Source of the DNA: Felis catus
Lineage: Eukaryota
Assembly: GCF_018350175.1 (NCBI RefSeq)
Contig: NC_058368.1
Location: 4,402,001 to 4,466,000, forward strand
Direction: 5' to 3'
DNA: 64,000 bases
In this document: positions 39,902-52,640 of the stretch, in pieces
How the letters are laid out: every line of letters starts with the position of its first letter
Numbering within the stretch: position 1 is the stretch's first letter
The notes under the pieces: model-generated
The model's database searches: none
The model's input: only the letters and a program-made list of their open reading frames with translations
What the model was told of the DNA's origin: nothing
Made by a program: the position numbers and the translations under genes

Positions 39902-41330
39902 AAGAACTAACAATCCTCTAAACTTTTTCCAAAAATTAAAAAAGGAGTACTACCTAACATTCTATGTTAGAGAGCATTACCCTGATACTAAAGCCAAAGA
40001 CATTATAAGAAAATTATAGGCCAATATACTTGAGGATCATCAATGCAAAAATCCTCAACAAAATATAGCAAACCAGATTCAACAGTAAACTAAAAGGACC
40101 ATACACCACAACCCAGTGGGATTAATCCTGGAATGCAAGGATAGTTCAACATATGAAAATCAATTGATGTAATATGCCACATTAATAAAATGGAGGGAAA
40201 AAACCTGTGTGATCATCCCAATTGATGCAGAAATTGATGATGACAAAATTCAACACCCTTTCATGATAAAAACACTAAACATATTAGGAATATAAGAAAA
40301 CTACCTCCATGTAATAAAAGCCAAATATAAAAAACCCACAGCAAACATCATACTCAATGGCAAAAACCTGAAAGCTTTTCCTCTAAAATCAGGAACAAGA
40401 CAAGGTTGCCTGCTTTCACCACTTCTATTCAATGCAGTACTGGAAATTCTAGACAGAGTAATTAGGCAAGAAAAAAAAAAATAGAAGCCATCTAAATTGG
40501 AAAGGAAGAAGTAAACTTATCTTTTTGCAGATGATACCATCCTATATGTAGGAACTAACTAGTAGTATTATTTACAAGAAGTAATAAATTCAGCAAAGTT
40601 GAAAACAAAGTCAACACAAAAAGAATCAGCTACATTTCTATACATGATGAACAATGTGAGGAGGAAATTATAAAACAACTCCATTTACAATAGCATCAAA
40701 AAGAATAAAATATTTAGGAATTAATCAAGGAAATGAAAGACTTGTACAATGAAAACTACAAAATACTGCTGAAAAAAATTAAGGAAGACATAAATAAATG
40801 GAAATACATCCCATGTTCATGGATTATAAGACTTAATACTGTGAAAGTGTCAGTATTACCCAAGGCAATCTACAGATTCAGTGGGATCCCTATCAACATC
40901 CCAATGGCTTTTTTTGTGGAAATTGAAAATCTCATCCTAAAATTCACATGAAATCCAAGAGATTCCCAAACAGCCAAAACAATCTTGAACTAGAACAGAA
41001 CTAGAGAACTCACACTTCCTGGTTTTAAACCTACTATAAAAGTAACACAATGGACACAATGTAGCACTGGCCTAATGGCAAACATACACCCTTGCATATA
41101 CAGTCAAATGATTTTCAACAAGGGGGCCAAGACCATTTGGTCTTTTCAACAAACCATGATGGGAAAACAGGATATCCACATACAAAAGAAGGAAGGTGGA
41201 CTGTTACCTAACACCATATACAAAAATTAACTCAAAATGGATCAAGGACCCAAATGTAAGACCTAAAACAAAACTCTCAGGAGAAAACATAAGATAAAAG
41301 CCTCGTGATGCTGGATTTGGCAATGGTTTC

Positions 41331-41545
41331 TTTTTTTTTTTTAATCTTTATTTATTTTTGAGAGAGAGACAGAGCGTGAGCAGGGGAGGGGCAGAGAGAG
41401 AGGGAGACACAGAATCCGAAGCAGGCTCCAGGCTCTGAGCAAGCTGTCAGCACAGAGCCCAATGTGGGGCTCAAACCCATGAACCGTGAGATCATGACCT
41501 GAGCCGAAGTCAGACACTCAAATGACTGAGCCACCCAGGCACCCC
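41331..41545 (-). mobile_element. CAN SINE within L1
   Basis: TSD tggcaatggtttctt. Confidence 0.95.
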
Positions 41546-42252
41546 TGGCAATGGTTTCTTAGATACGAAACTAAAGTCAAAGGCAACAAAGGAAAAAATA
41601 GACAAACTGGGCTTCACCAAAATGTTAACAATCTCTACATCAAGAGACACTATCCACAGAGGAAAAAGGCAACCCACAGAATGTGAGAAAATATTTGCCA
41701 ATATTTGCGAATAAAGGATTAATATCCAGAATATAGAGAACTAAAACTCAACCCAATTCAAAAATGGGCAAAGGACTTGAACTGAAATTTCTCCAAAGAC
41801 ATACAAATGATTCATAAGCACATGAAAAGACACTTAACATCAACATCTGCCTCAACATTTGCAACAAATGCTAATCAAAACTGCAGTGAGAAACTACCTC
41901 ACACTCATTAAAACAGTCACTATGCAAAAAACAAAAAACAAAAACAAAACCAAACAAAAACCAGAAAACAGTGATGTTGGTGAGGATGAGTTAAAACTGC
42001 AACACTTGCACACAGTTGGTGAGAATGTAAAATGGCACAGCCACTGTGGAAAACAGCATGGCTCCTCAAAAAATTAAAAATAAAATTACCATATGATCCA
42101 ACAATTTCATCTCTTGACATGCAACCAAAAGGAATTGAAAGCAGGGTCTCTAAGAGATATTTGTACATGCGTGTTCACAATATTACTCATAAAAACTAAA
42201 ACATGGAAGCAATCCAAGTGTCTGTCTACCACTGAGATAAGTCAAATGCGAT

Positions 42253-42254
<2 letters not shown>

Positions 42255-42292
<38 letters not shown>
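42255..42292. repeat. (AC)n microsatellite inside the L1 3' region
   Basis: Perfect AC run. Confidence 0.95.
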
Positions 42293-42294
<2 letters not shown>

Positions 42295-43999
42295 ATATTA
42301 CTTGGCCTGAAAAAAGAAAAGGATTCTGCAACGTGCTATAACATGGGATTAACCTGGAGAACTGAAATAAGCCAGTCACAAAAAGACAAACGTTGTCTGA
42401 TTCCACTTGTATAAGGTACTTAGGGTCATCAAAATCATAGAGACAGAAAGGAGGATGGCCGTTGCCAGGGGCTGGGGGAAGAGGAGAATGCGGAATCAGT
42501 GTTTAATAGGCACAGGGTTCCCGAGGTACCACAGGAAAAGAGTGAGGGGATGGATGGTGTTGTGCAACGGTGTGAATGTGCTTAATACCTCTGAACTGTA
42601 CACGTAAATATGGCCACGACAGTGAGTTTTCTATTACGTGCGTTTTAACTTCATAAAAAAAGGGGAAAGGGAAAAAAGTAAATAAAAGAGAATAAAAGAA
42701 TCTACACCTGAAAATTAAACCTTGTTAGCTTATAATAAACATGTACATTATCCGATTAGGTTTGTAGAAAAGAAACACAGCAAAGCTAACAACAACACAG
42801 GCTGTCAATAACCTGAAAATACTTCCTGACTTACCCATAAGTGGTATTCAGGTAAAATTCAGGAAGACAATTTAGCTTGGAGAGAAAAATCTCAGTATAG
42901 ATTATGTTTATATAATACTCTACAGACAACTCCACTTCTGTATAAATTATTATGAATGCTAAAAAGCGAATGGTTTTAATCCGAAATGAGTCAGAAAAAA
43001 ATGTATTACAAAGTCATAGAAACTCCCTGTTTAAAAAGAAAAATCTCAAATAATCTCCCCTGGCTCACTGTGCCCACCATCCAGGGGGCATAGTAACCAT
43101 CTCTTGTGTATCCTGATTTTATTTGTGTAGACATGTTTACACGCGTACGAGAGTACACACGTATACAGGACAACAGGTATACATACAAACACGAAGCACA
43201 TACGTATATAATGCAAATAGACTCATACCATTCATGCTATTCTGCAATGGACTTGTTTAACAAAAACAGGATGTGAGACACTGTCCCTTTCGGTACACAA
43301 GGTTCCGTCTGGGTCTCTCTCGGGGGCCATCCATGACAAGCGTCTGCCGGGCCTCCTCTGGGCCGCCACCTGCTCTGATGTGCGCGGATGGGGAGGCAAG
43401 GCCAATGCTGCACCTTTTAAAGGGAGCGTCCTTTCCCTGACGTTGTTTGGAATGGCTCACACATGCTGATGATACAAGAAGCCAGACTGAACCCTGTTTT
43501 AATCGATTTTGACCTCCCCACGGGAAACACACCCACGTGACCCTCCCTGCACTGCTCTGCCTCTGCTTCTCCCGAGCGAGTCGGCCTGCTGTTGGTTCAT
43601 CTCTGCTACGGATGGTCCTTCGGCGAACAGCCTTGTCACATCGGGCAGGCCTACCTGCGGGACCCATCACAGAAGTGACCTTGTTGCGAAGAGCATGAGA
43701 TGCTGGAAAAAGGTTCTTGAGGAATTTAATTTATTTCAGTTTGAGATTTTAAGTCTTTACACGGGATTCCAAATCATCCTCCAAAACACAGTCTGTATTA
43801 ATTTACATTCCTATCAATTGTGTATAAGAATGGGCAGTGTCCTCCCTCTTGCTAATGTAACTGTTGGGTTCATTTTAATACTTTCTTTCTTTGGCTCCGT
43901 GGGCAGCATCTTCTTTTTCTTTCTGGTCACTTGGTGTTAACAATCTGTGTTTCCTCCTCTGGTGGTTATCTCTCTCACTTTTAAAAACACTTAAGCATC

Positions 44000-44208
44000 G
44001 GGCGCCTGAGTGGCTCAGTCGGTTAAGCATCTGGCTTCGGCTCAGGTCAAGACCTCCCGCTTGGTGGGTTCAAGCCCCGCGTCGGGCTCTGTGCTGACGG
44101 CTCGGAGCCCGGAGCCTGCTTCGGCTTCTGTGTCTCCCTCTCTCTCTGCCCCTCCCCCGCTCACGCTCTGTGTCTCAAAAATAAAAAATGTTAAAAAAAA
44201 TTTTTTTT
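44000..44208 (+). mobile_element. CAN SINE
   Basis: TSD aaacacttaagcat / aaacacgtaagcat. Confidence 0.94.
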
Positions 44209-44665
44209 GTAAACACGTAAGCATTTATTTGTGCATTCATCAGCTGGAAATAATACCTACTATCACCCATGATTCCTGCTATCACATCATCCCATTTCCT
44301 ATTTCACCCTCCCGATCTGTTCTCTTACTGTATATAGATGTAGGTGTAGCTATATTGATGGTCTTTTTGTTAATTGTACCAGGTGCCAGAAAGGGGGGGT
44401 GGAGCTAAAGGCCTTTATTTTGCACCACGTACTGGGTGTCTCTAAGAATGCATGCAGTGTGGGAGGAGCCACGGTTAGCAGCCCGGAGGAGGAGAGAAAT
44501 AAGCAAAGCTGTGCTGTAGGAACACTATTCTGGCAGGAATAAACAGGATGGAGTCTAGAATACAAAGACTGATTATGAGAGATCAGAGGAGATTCAATAC
44601 GGCGAGTAAGTCCATTTCCCCCTCGATGTAATCTACAAAACCAAAACTTATCCCTAAGTCACAAC

Positions 44666-44705
44666 GATGATGATAATGATGGTGATGATGATGGTGATGG
44701 TGATG

Positions 44706-44737
<32 letters not shown>

Positions 44738-44752
44738 GATGATGGTGGTGAT
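44666..44752. repeat. (GAT)n/(GGT) imperfect trinucleotide repeat
   Basis: About 29 GAT/GGT units. Confidence 0.95.
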
Positions 44753-45505
44753 AGCAACTGTCACTGTGTCACTGGGCTAATAAGCCCATCAGAGTATATG
44801 TACCTCATTTAAGAGCAAAAACAATCCTGCAGGCAATATGATTACCCCCACGTGACATGATTTACATGAACCCTTACGGGAAGGGAAGTCATCTCCCCAA
44901 AGTTCCATGCAGTAAGGAGAAGGGCTGAGGGTTTCTTTCTAACAGGATGACAATGCTATGGGAGTCGAGAGAAAACGGTTCTGCTTGGTACCTTGGTACC
45001 GAAGTCCTTTCCCCAAGGACTTGTTACAAGTTCAAGTAGTAAAGGGAGACTGCGCGTTCATTCTTAGCCACAGCTCCCAAACCGCCGTGACAGGAAAGGA
45101 GCTCCCGATCACAGCCGGGGTGTCGGAGCCCTGAGTGCACTCCTAAAGCTGCCGATTTAGAGAAGAGAAGAAAAGGGGAAAATGAGAGGGTGATGACAAA
45201 GGTAAGAGGGAGTCGGGGGCATGTACTGAAGAGAGAATTTTAGGAAACAGGAAACGGTCAGCAATGTCGCAAACTGCAGAGGCTGTGGGGTTTTGAGGGC
45301 TAAAGTGAGTTACTGAACTGTATGACTGGCCGGAGGCCAGGCCCTCGGGAAGACCAGCCAGACGGATTATCAGGCCTAGACCCAGACTCTGGCCATTAGA
45401 AGAGGAAGCATCCAGTGTGGACCACTGCCGGGGGAGGTCTGGCAAGAAAAAACAAGGGCTACAGTCTCTCCAAGGGTCAGGGGAGGGGAGCAAATATTTG
45501 TTGTT

Positions 45506-45731
45506 GTTTTTTATTTTTTTTTAACGTTTATTTCTTTTTGAGAGAGAGAGATAAGAGACAGAGTGCAAGCAGGGGAAGGACAGAGAGAGAGAGGGAGACA
45601 CAGAATCCGAAGCAGGCTCCAGACCCTGAGCTGTCAGCACAGAGCCTGGTGCGGGGCTCGAACTCACGGACCGCTAGATCGTGACCTGAGCCGAAGTCGG
45701 GCGCATCACCGACTGAGCCAGCCAGGCGCCC
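45506..45731 (-). mobile_element. CAN SINE
   Basis: Reverse head, (GA)n, T tail. Confidence 0.92.
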
Positions 45732-45899
45732 TGGAAGTATTTGTATTTTAAGATGGGGATATCTTAGCACCTCAGCAAGCACAGGGAAAGAAGTTAAGAG
45801 AAAGAAAGAGATTGATGATATACAAAAAGTTAGGGTAAGCGATCCCTTTTTCTTCTTTTTATATATGACAACATGTGATTACTATCATATCAATCCCTG

Positions 45900-46110
45900 A
45901 GATGCTTTACAATTTGCAGAGCACTTTCGCATCAAGAGTCTCCCACACTCCTTACATAATTCTGTGAGCCAGGCAGAGCGAGAATTACCGCTTCGTTTTA
46001 CTTGAGGAAACGGAGGCCCAGAGAGGCCTGTCACGGCACCAGGAGGTCTAGGAGAGAGAGCCCTGAAGTTGCAATCCTGGCTGTCTCTCTCCCTGGTGCT
46101 GTGCTTCGAG
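45900..46110 (-). mobile_element. MIR relic
   Basis: gctttacaatttgcagagcactttc...ttttacttgaggaaacggaggcccagagagg. Confidence 0.75.
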
Positions 46111-46139
46111 CAAGGAACTTGGCTTCTGGAGGGGTCTCG

Positions 46140-47170
46140 ATTTGCTAACGAGGGAAACGGAGACGACGCTTCCCGGCTCCCCTGATGGCCAGACCAGGCC
46201 TGTGAAGACACTGGCACGGTGCCCACCGCACGGACTACAGCAGCACTGGCGGGAAGGTGGAGGCGGTGCGGCGAGCACTCACGAGCCACCTACTACGTGC
46301 CTGATAACTCCTCGAGGTGGGAAGAGCCTGGCACCGTCGGTTCACAGAGCAGGATCCCCAGGTGAGAAGGGGAGTAAGAGCGGTGCTCAAAGGGCCGGGA
46401 ACAAAGACAGGCCGTGGCTGATTCTGCCCGCCACGGGGGACAGGATGCCACCGTGAGGGTCAGGGAGAAGTTCCAAAAGGAGGTGGCCTCTGGGGCAGGG
46501 GTCAAAGGACGAGCTCCCCGGTGAGGGCGAAGGGCATTCCTGGAGAAGGCGGAGCACCAGCCAAGGCTCACGGGTACCGAGGGCCCACGAGCAGAGGCTG
46601 CCCACGGCCGACCCGGCCACCTGCCACAGCCGGAGGTCCCGCCACCTGCGTGCTGCCCCCCGCCCTCCGTGACTCCCGCAAGCGAGGGGCGATTCCTGCC
46701 CGAAGAGCAGCCACGATGGGAAAAGGTCCAGCGAGGCGGGGAGAGACTCGAAAGGCCCAAAGGGACGTCCAGCGGCCACGAGCCGGGCCTGATGCACCGG
46801 CCCTACGACACACCGGTCCCGGGGCAGCAGGCTGACCCCACGGGCCCCTGCCTTTTCTGCTCTCGGCTGGCACCTGCCACACGGCGTGAAATGACACCTA
46901 GGCCACTGAACCCCTCGAGGACGTGGGGCCAGAGGCCGGCCAAGCCACGGCCTGCGGCCACGGCACCGGGGCGGCCACTTTGCTTCCGAACACCTGTTCA
47001 GGGCACCGCCGGGCACAACTTTCCTATCCGCACAGACACTACGTGTCAGAAACGCCTCCTCCACCATCTAGAGACCGCAAAACGGCAGAGAGGTACTGCG
47101 GGGACAGGGAAAACCTATGGCCTCTCAGAGCCACAGCCTCGCTGTGACAAGGCGTGAAACAGGTGTGCTC
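46140..47170. promoter_or_regulatory. Intragenic GC/CpG-rich segment (CpG-island-like; function unknown)
   Basis: Visibly high GC and dense CpG in non-repetitive sequence; not counted formally. Confidence 0.45.
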
Positions 47171-47672
47171 TGGGGACTTATTTAGTGTGTTATTGCCATC
47201 TGTGTCGCCTGTCACTCACTTAGTCATTGCCATCCCTCTCGTCACCTCAAACTCTCTTACGGCTTCACAGGAGAGTTTTACTACTATTTGCTGTCAAGAG
47301 GGTCCCACCGGTTTGAATCCGGACACGAGACCTGTCTGCAATCCGTGTACGCTTCTTCCCCAGCCGGAAATCAATCGGAGGAGAATCACTGTTAAGCCAC
47401 CGTGGCGGCCAAATGAAGCGGAAGACATGCTCTGCTAGTCGTTCTGCTGAGAAATAGGAGGCCCAGGGGTTTACACGTTCTCGATTTGCAGAGAATTAGA
47501 ACATATTATAATCAGCAGGGTACTGGTATAAAATGAATCTTTCTGATTGGGAGCCCTAGGATTTAGCCATATCTCAAAATCCCCATCAGGAACACTAATT
47601 ATCACTGAAATAAGTATAGACGTATTAGAGACTTTCAACTGAAGAATTCTTTGTTGTTATTTGAGGGCTTTT

Positions 47673-47876
47673 TAAAAAAAAAATGTATTTACTTTTGACA
47701 GAGAGAGACAGAACATGAGTAGGGGTGGGCGGAGAGAGGGAGACACAGAATCTGAAGCAGGCTCCAGGCTCTGAGCTGTCAGCACTGAGCCGATGAGGGG
47801 CTCAAACTCATGAACAGTGAGATCACAACCTGAGCCAAAGTCGGATGCTCAACCAACTGAGCCACCCAGGCGCCCC
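47673..47876 (-). mobile_element. CAN SINE
   Basis: TSD tgagggctttttt. Confidence 0.94.
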
Positions 47877-48949
47877 TGAGGGCTTTTTTTTTTTTTTTTT
47901 TTAAAAGAAAAGATCAATGTATCACTGTGCTTAGGAAGTACAATCTATGAGTCAGATTTATATTTCAACCTGTGATGCACCTGGGATTACAGAAAGAACT
48001 TGGATGTTATTTCTAAACACATCTTGGCATTGAATGTCGTGAAAACACAGAAACACAATTAAGTGCAGCCAACGGATCCTGGTTGAAACTGCAGGTAAAC
48101 AAACACAGGCTTCAGTCTTCCCCGGTGCTACTCAGGAGGTTGAGCGAATGTCAGAGAAGCTTTGCACCGCATTGCAAACACTTAGACTCACCACAGCAGG
48201 AACGAGACAGCCGGCCGGAGGGCGCGAGTGGGCGAGGGAGAACGCACAGAGGGTAAGAGCAGGGTATGTGACGATGCCATCGGGGCAACTACTGACTTCA
48301 GCAAGAGAAAATGAAATAGGGTGTTTCTGGCATCAGGAATGACTGCCTAAGCATGATTTTAATGTGATAGTTGGATGGTGTTTTAAAATGTTTAGTCCTG
48401 AGAGCCATAGGGGAGAGCTACCGTTCCATCCGGTTAAACCAAGGTGAGGTAGTAAAAGGTGTCCGACGCCGAAACCCGTTTACCCTTCAGGCAATTCGAA
48501 CGTACTGAAAATAAAGAACAGAGAATAAAAACGCTCTGTTTTATAAAGAACCGGCCATTGCCAGTTGTTTCTATCTCGCCTTCCGAGGCTACAGCCAAGA
48601 AAACTTCTCCAGCCAAACTTCCTGGTAATTGGAGAACAAGGTTCCTTAATGGTACAGACGGGCTGCTTAGTTCACCGGAGATTGTAGTTAACATAAATCA
48701 AAACTGAAGTTCACAAATACAGTACAATCCCATCATCACCCCAGAGAAGTGGGAAAGTAAATGGGCGGGCCTGGCGTCCGGGAGAGAGGATGTCCACGTG
48801 ACACTGCTGTGACTGACTCTGGTGACAGAACCGCCACCTCAGAGGCCGGAGCCACATCTTAGGACAGCCGTGGGACCTCTCTCACGCAGCTTATTTGTTA
48901 CATTTATACGTAGAATTAGTCATCCCTGAACTGCAACGGTAAGACGAGA

Positions 48950-49588
48950 CAGAACACCCAAAAATGACGGGGGTCCCGTCACATCCATTTCGGAGGAAGC
49001 AGCAAAATGACGCTACAAGAAAGCGATCGCGTAGACCCAGAAGTCTGGGACATCTGTCAGACAAGCAACCTGGTGTCTGCCACAAGGTAATAATACGAAA
49101 GAGATGGGGGGGCTGGGCTGGGGCAAGGCGTGTGCTCACCTGCCACAGAGTTAGAGATTCGGGGGACAGAAAAAACCAATAGAACGTGTAGGTCTTGGGT
49201 GGACCCTGGTTCCAACAAGCTGCCTGGGAGAAAACGGACCCAATACTATCAAGGAAACATGAATACAGACTGAGTATCAGGTGGTGCCAGTGAACTGCTG
49301 TGAACCTTCCTGGGCAATGATGGTGCTGGAGTGATGTACGAAAATATCCATATTCTTTAGAGGTACACAAGAAACACGCTGAAGTGAAATGACATGAGGT
49401 CAAAGGTTTAGTAACAAGGAAGAAAGGACGGGAGGGAGGAAGGGAGGGAGGGAGAGAAAGAGAGAAAGAAACAGAAAGAAAAAAGATAAGTGAAGCAAAT
49501 ATGGCACAGTTTGGATAGTTACTAAATTTGGGAGATGAAAACATGGGGTTACCTACGTTACTCTTTTTATGTTTTTTTTAATTTCATT

Positions 49589-49620
<32 letters not shown>

Positions 49621-49835
49621 GGAGGGAGGGAGGGGCTGAGAGAGACACACACAGAATCCGAAGCAGACTCCAGGCTCCGAGCCAGCAGCACAGAGCCTGA
49701 TGCAGGGCTCGAACTCACTGACTGTGAGATCATGACCCGAGCTGAAGTCGGACGCCCAACCGACTGAGCCACTCAGGTGCCCCCACCTATGTTATTCTTT
49801 ATACTTGTGTTTATTTTGAAAGTTTTCATAATAAA
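48950..49835 (+). mobile_element. Old L1 3'UTR relic (L1MC/ME-like)
   Basis: gaatacagactgagtatcag...gaagtgaaatgacatga...aagcaaatatggca...tttgaaagttttcataataaa. Confidence 0.65.
49568..49784 (-). mobile_element. CAN SINE
   Basis: TSD acctacgttactcttt / acctatgttattcttt. Confidence 0.94.
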
Positions 49836-50419
49836 TGTTACTGGTTTTCAACACTGACAGCACCAAGTTCACTGCACATACACTAGCCAATAAACTATAC
49901 AATTTCACACATCAAACAAATCTTTATTATCTTGAAATACCACAGAGTCATCTGTCTGTGAAAGTTCAGGGTTTCCTGAAGAGTTTAAAACAGAAAACAT
50001 TCCTATTTCATTATGTGAATGAATCCTCTCGAACTTTTGAGAATACCCCTTAGCAAAGAATAGACAATACTGAATTCCACTTCCCAATAATATCTACAAA
50101 ATATCACCAAAATTAATGAAGTAATACTCACTGAAACTCACTGTTGGCAGAAGAGAAAGTTGACCAGCATTGAAAACACACATCAAACACTGCCAGGACA
50201 CTTGAAACAACTTTAAAATGATTACCTCTAGGGGACAGGGGCAAGGGGGAGTGCTGTGAGCAGGGACGGGTATGACACCAAAATTTCTCAGTGAGTACTT
50301 TTTAAAGTTGTGGTGACTTTTCAAACCATACAAATGTACAGCCTGTTCAAAAATCCCATGTAAATTTTAAATAAAATAACTGTATATGTACTTCTCATAA
50401 TTTAAAGAGTGACTTTTCA

Positions 50420-50633
50420 GGGCGCCTGGATGGCTCAGTGGGTTGTGCGTCTGACTTGGGTTCAGGTCATGATCTCGCGGTTCACGGGTTCGAGACTCGT
50501 GTCGGGCTCTGTGCTGACAGCTCGGAGCCTGGAGCCTGCTTCGGATTCTGTGTCTCCCTCTCTCTCTGCTCCTTTCCCGCTTACCCTCTGTCTCTCTCTG
50601 CCTCAAAAATAAATAAATGTTTTAAAAAGTTTT
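50420..50633 (+). mobile_element. CAN SINE
   Basis: TSD taaagagtgacttttc / taaagaatgacttttc. Confidence 0.95.
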
Positions 50634-52439
50634 GTAAAGAATGACTTTTCCTGTGCCATGCAGACTCCAACACTAAAACTTGAAAAAGAAAATTAAGATT
50701 TTTCTGTGCTCTTTAAGATTTCCATCGGTCACTCATGCCTCTATTTCCCAGGACCAACCCTGGGTGGTTTGAAGACACGTTAATTTCTCACCTCACTTGT
50801 AATAGGTTCTTTCTTTAGGCGAACATTTAAGAAACTTGAAAGGAATCTGAACATAAAAGCAAAAAAAGAAAGGTCCCAGGGGTTAACTTGAAGAAAAACT
50901 CAAACCAAGGAAAGCCTTCTATTTTTTGTTTCGTGTCAAACCACACATTTATTTAAGTCTTTACTTGAAAGCAGAGGAATTTAACAAGGATTTAGCAGTC
51001 CTCACGTCATTCCGTCCTTTCAACCTCCAATCCAAACCGTTCTGTTTTCGCTTTCTTTTCTCATCCATTACCTGTGCCTCTCAGCCTACTCTTGTCAATC
51101 AAGATTACTGAAATCTCAAGCCAAAACTCAATCATTTGCCTTTTAAGCTACTGAAAATCGATGTTTAAACCCCCCGATTCTTACGATCCCATCTGAAGCA
51201 TTTCGGCATCCCTTTTCTTGCTTCTTTGAACGGAGTTTAGAGCCCAACACATGACCTAGTATGGACACTTGAAGTAAATTCAGTAAAGCCCCTGGTGGAG
51301 ACCAGGTAGGTTATACTGTGTTCCTGGAAGAGCTGGCGATTTCTTAACTCTAAGAACCAATAAGCCCGGTGGAAACTTCTGCCAACAAACGAGCACTATG
51401 AAGACCTCCCAGATGGTAACCCGCTTCCAACAAATCTGGTAGATGAAAAAAGCCATTCACGAATATACGATATGATATTCTCTTTACAACTGGATTGCTT
51501 TTAATAAGGATTTCCGAGTATTGCTTTGGACACAGTCTTCAACAGTGGCTATTCGCCAATAATGCATTTGTCGAGAGTCCAGAGTGTTTATTTCACACGT
51601 AACCACAAATGGAAAAAATAAGACAGACTTTGTTCTTAAGAGCGTTAAGGTATGGTTGACAAGACGTGTTGAACACGGGGGACCAAAGGAACACGTCGTT
51701 AAAGGTCAAGGGTGCCGCGTGGAGGCTGGGAAGCATGGTGGTGACGGGAAGCACAGAGGCTGTGGCAGACCCGGAGGTGTCGTGGACCCTTGGCGAAATT
51801 TCACAAGTGAGACAGCAAAGGAAGGCAAAGGGAACACTATTAGCTGCCAGACACGGGCTCTGTCTGAGACACAAAGGGATCTAAGTGCGAGACGCAGGGT
51901 TTCGTCCGGCTGAGGAAAACTGTGAAGGAAGAGGATGGTGGGAAAGACCAGAAGGGCAGGCCATACCCAGCAAATAACCGTGGGTGTGCACGTATTCGTT
52001 GTTAAAGAAAAGCGGGCTGTGCCCGGACGGATCCTAGAGGCCATGAATGACGGCTGCAATTCTATTTTGAAGGCAGTAGCCTTCAAGAGGCTGTGGCCTT
52101 CAAGAGGAAAGCGACCCGAGGTGAGCTGCCCTGCCCGCCAGACACAGGGTTTCCTCCTCCTTGGACAGAGTGATGCTCTGGGAAGCAGGGGCGAGGTGCG
52201 CTTCCCTGTCCCTGTGTCCCTTCTCTATCCTTAAAAGCTTGTCTGATGAGCATTCTACAACTAATTCGACATATTCATTACACTTGAGACGAGTGTTTTC
52301 TTAGAGGAGACTTCGGAGGGAAGGGACCACTCCTTCGAAAGATTTTAAAGAACACGTAAAAAGCATCTCTTAGAGCAGATCATCCTCTAGAAGAGTGTCC
52401 CCAGAAGGCCAATTCCATATAATCATGTTATTTTAGTAC

Positions 52440-52640
52440 TCATAATAGCAACATTATCTCATTTCATCCTGACCTACAAAGTAGGGACTGTCATAACCCC
52501 CATTTTATAGATACCCTTGCTGAGAGGCTTAGAGAGGACGAGGAACTTTCTTTCCAAAGCTCATGGATACCTCATTAGCGGTGGAGCCAGGACTCACACA
52601 GGCCCCCCAGACGTCAGGGGACATACTCCAGACCACACCG
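52440..52640 (-). mobile_element. MIR relic
   Basis: tctcatttcatcct...ccccattttatagat...tggagccaggactcacac. Confidence 0.7.

Larger units (their letters stand above)
36082..42660 (+). mobile_element. Near-full-length ancient L1 (L1MB-like); ORFs disrupted
   Basis: GC-richer 5'UTR (~36.08-36.5 kb), ORF1 relic (~36.85-37.7 kb), long inter-ORF, endonuclease start aatgtaaattgattaaactctccaatc (~38360), RT motif LFADD (ctttttgcagatgat, ~40521), ORF 40733..40951, 3'UTR and A tail. Confidence 0.9.

Noticed and set aside
46387..47067. 226-aa ORF and overlapping ORFs in the GC-rich segment
   Set aside because: Arg/Pro/Gly-rich ORFs in several frames are expected from stop-codon scarcity at high GC; no recognisable domain.
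48891..49544. 217-aa minus-strand ORF
   Set aside because: It is antisense to an old L1 3'UTR relic and a purine-rich simple repeat; no protein-like features.
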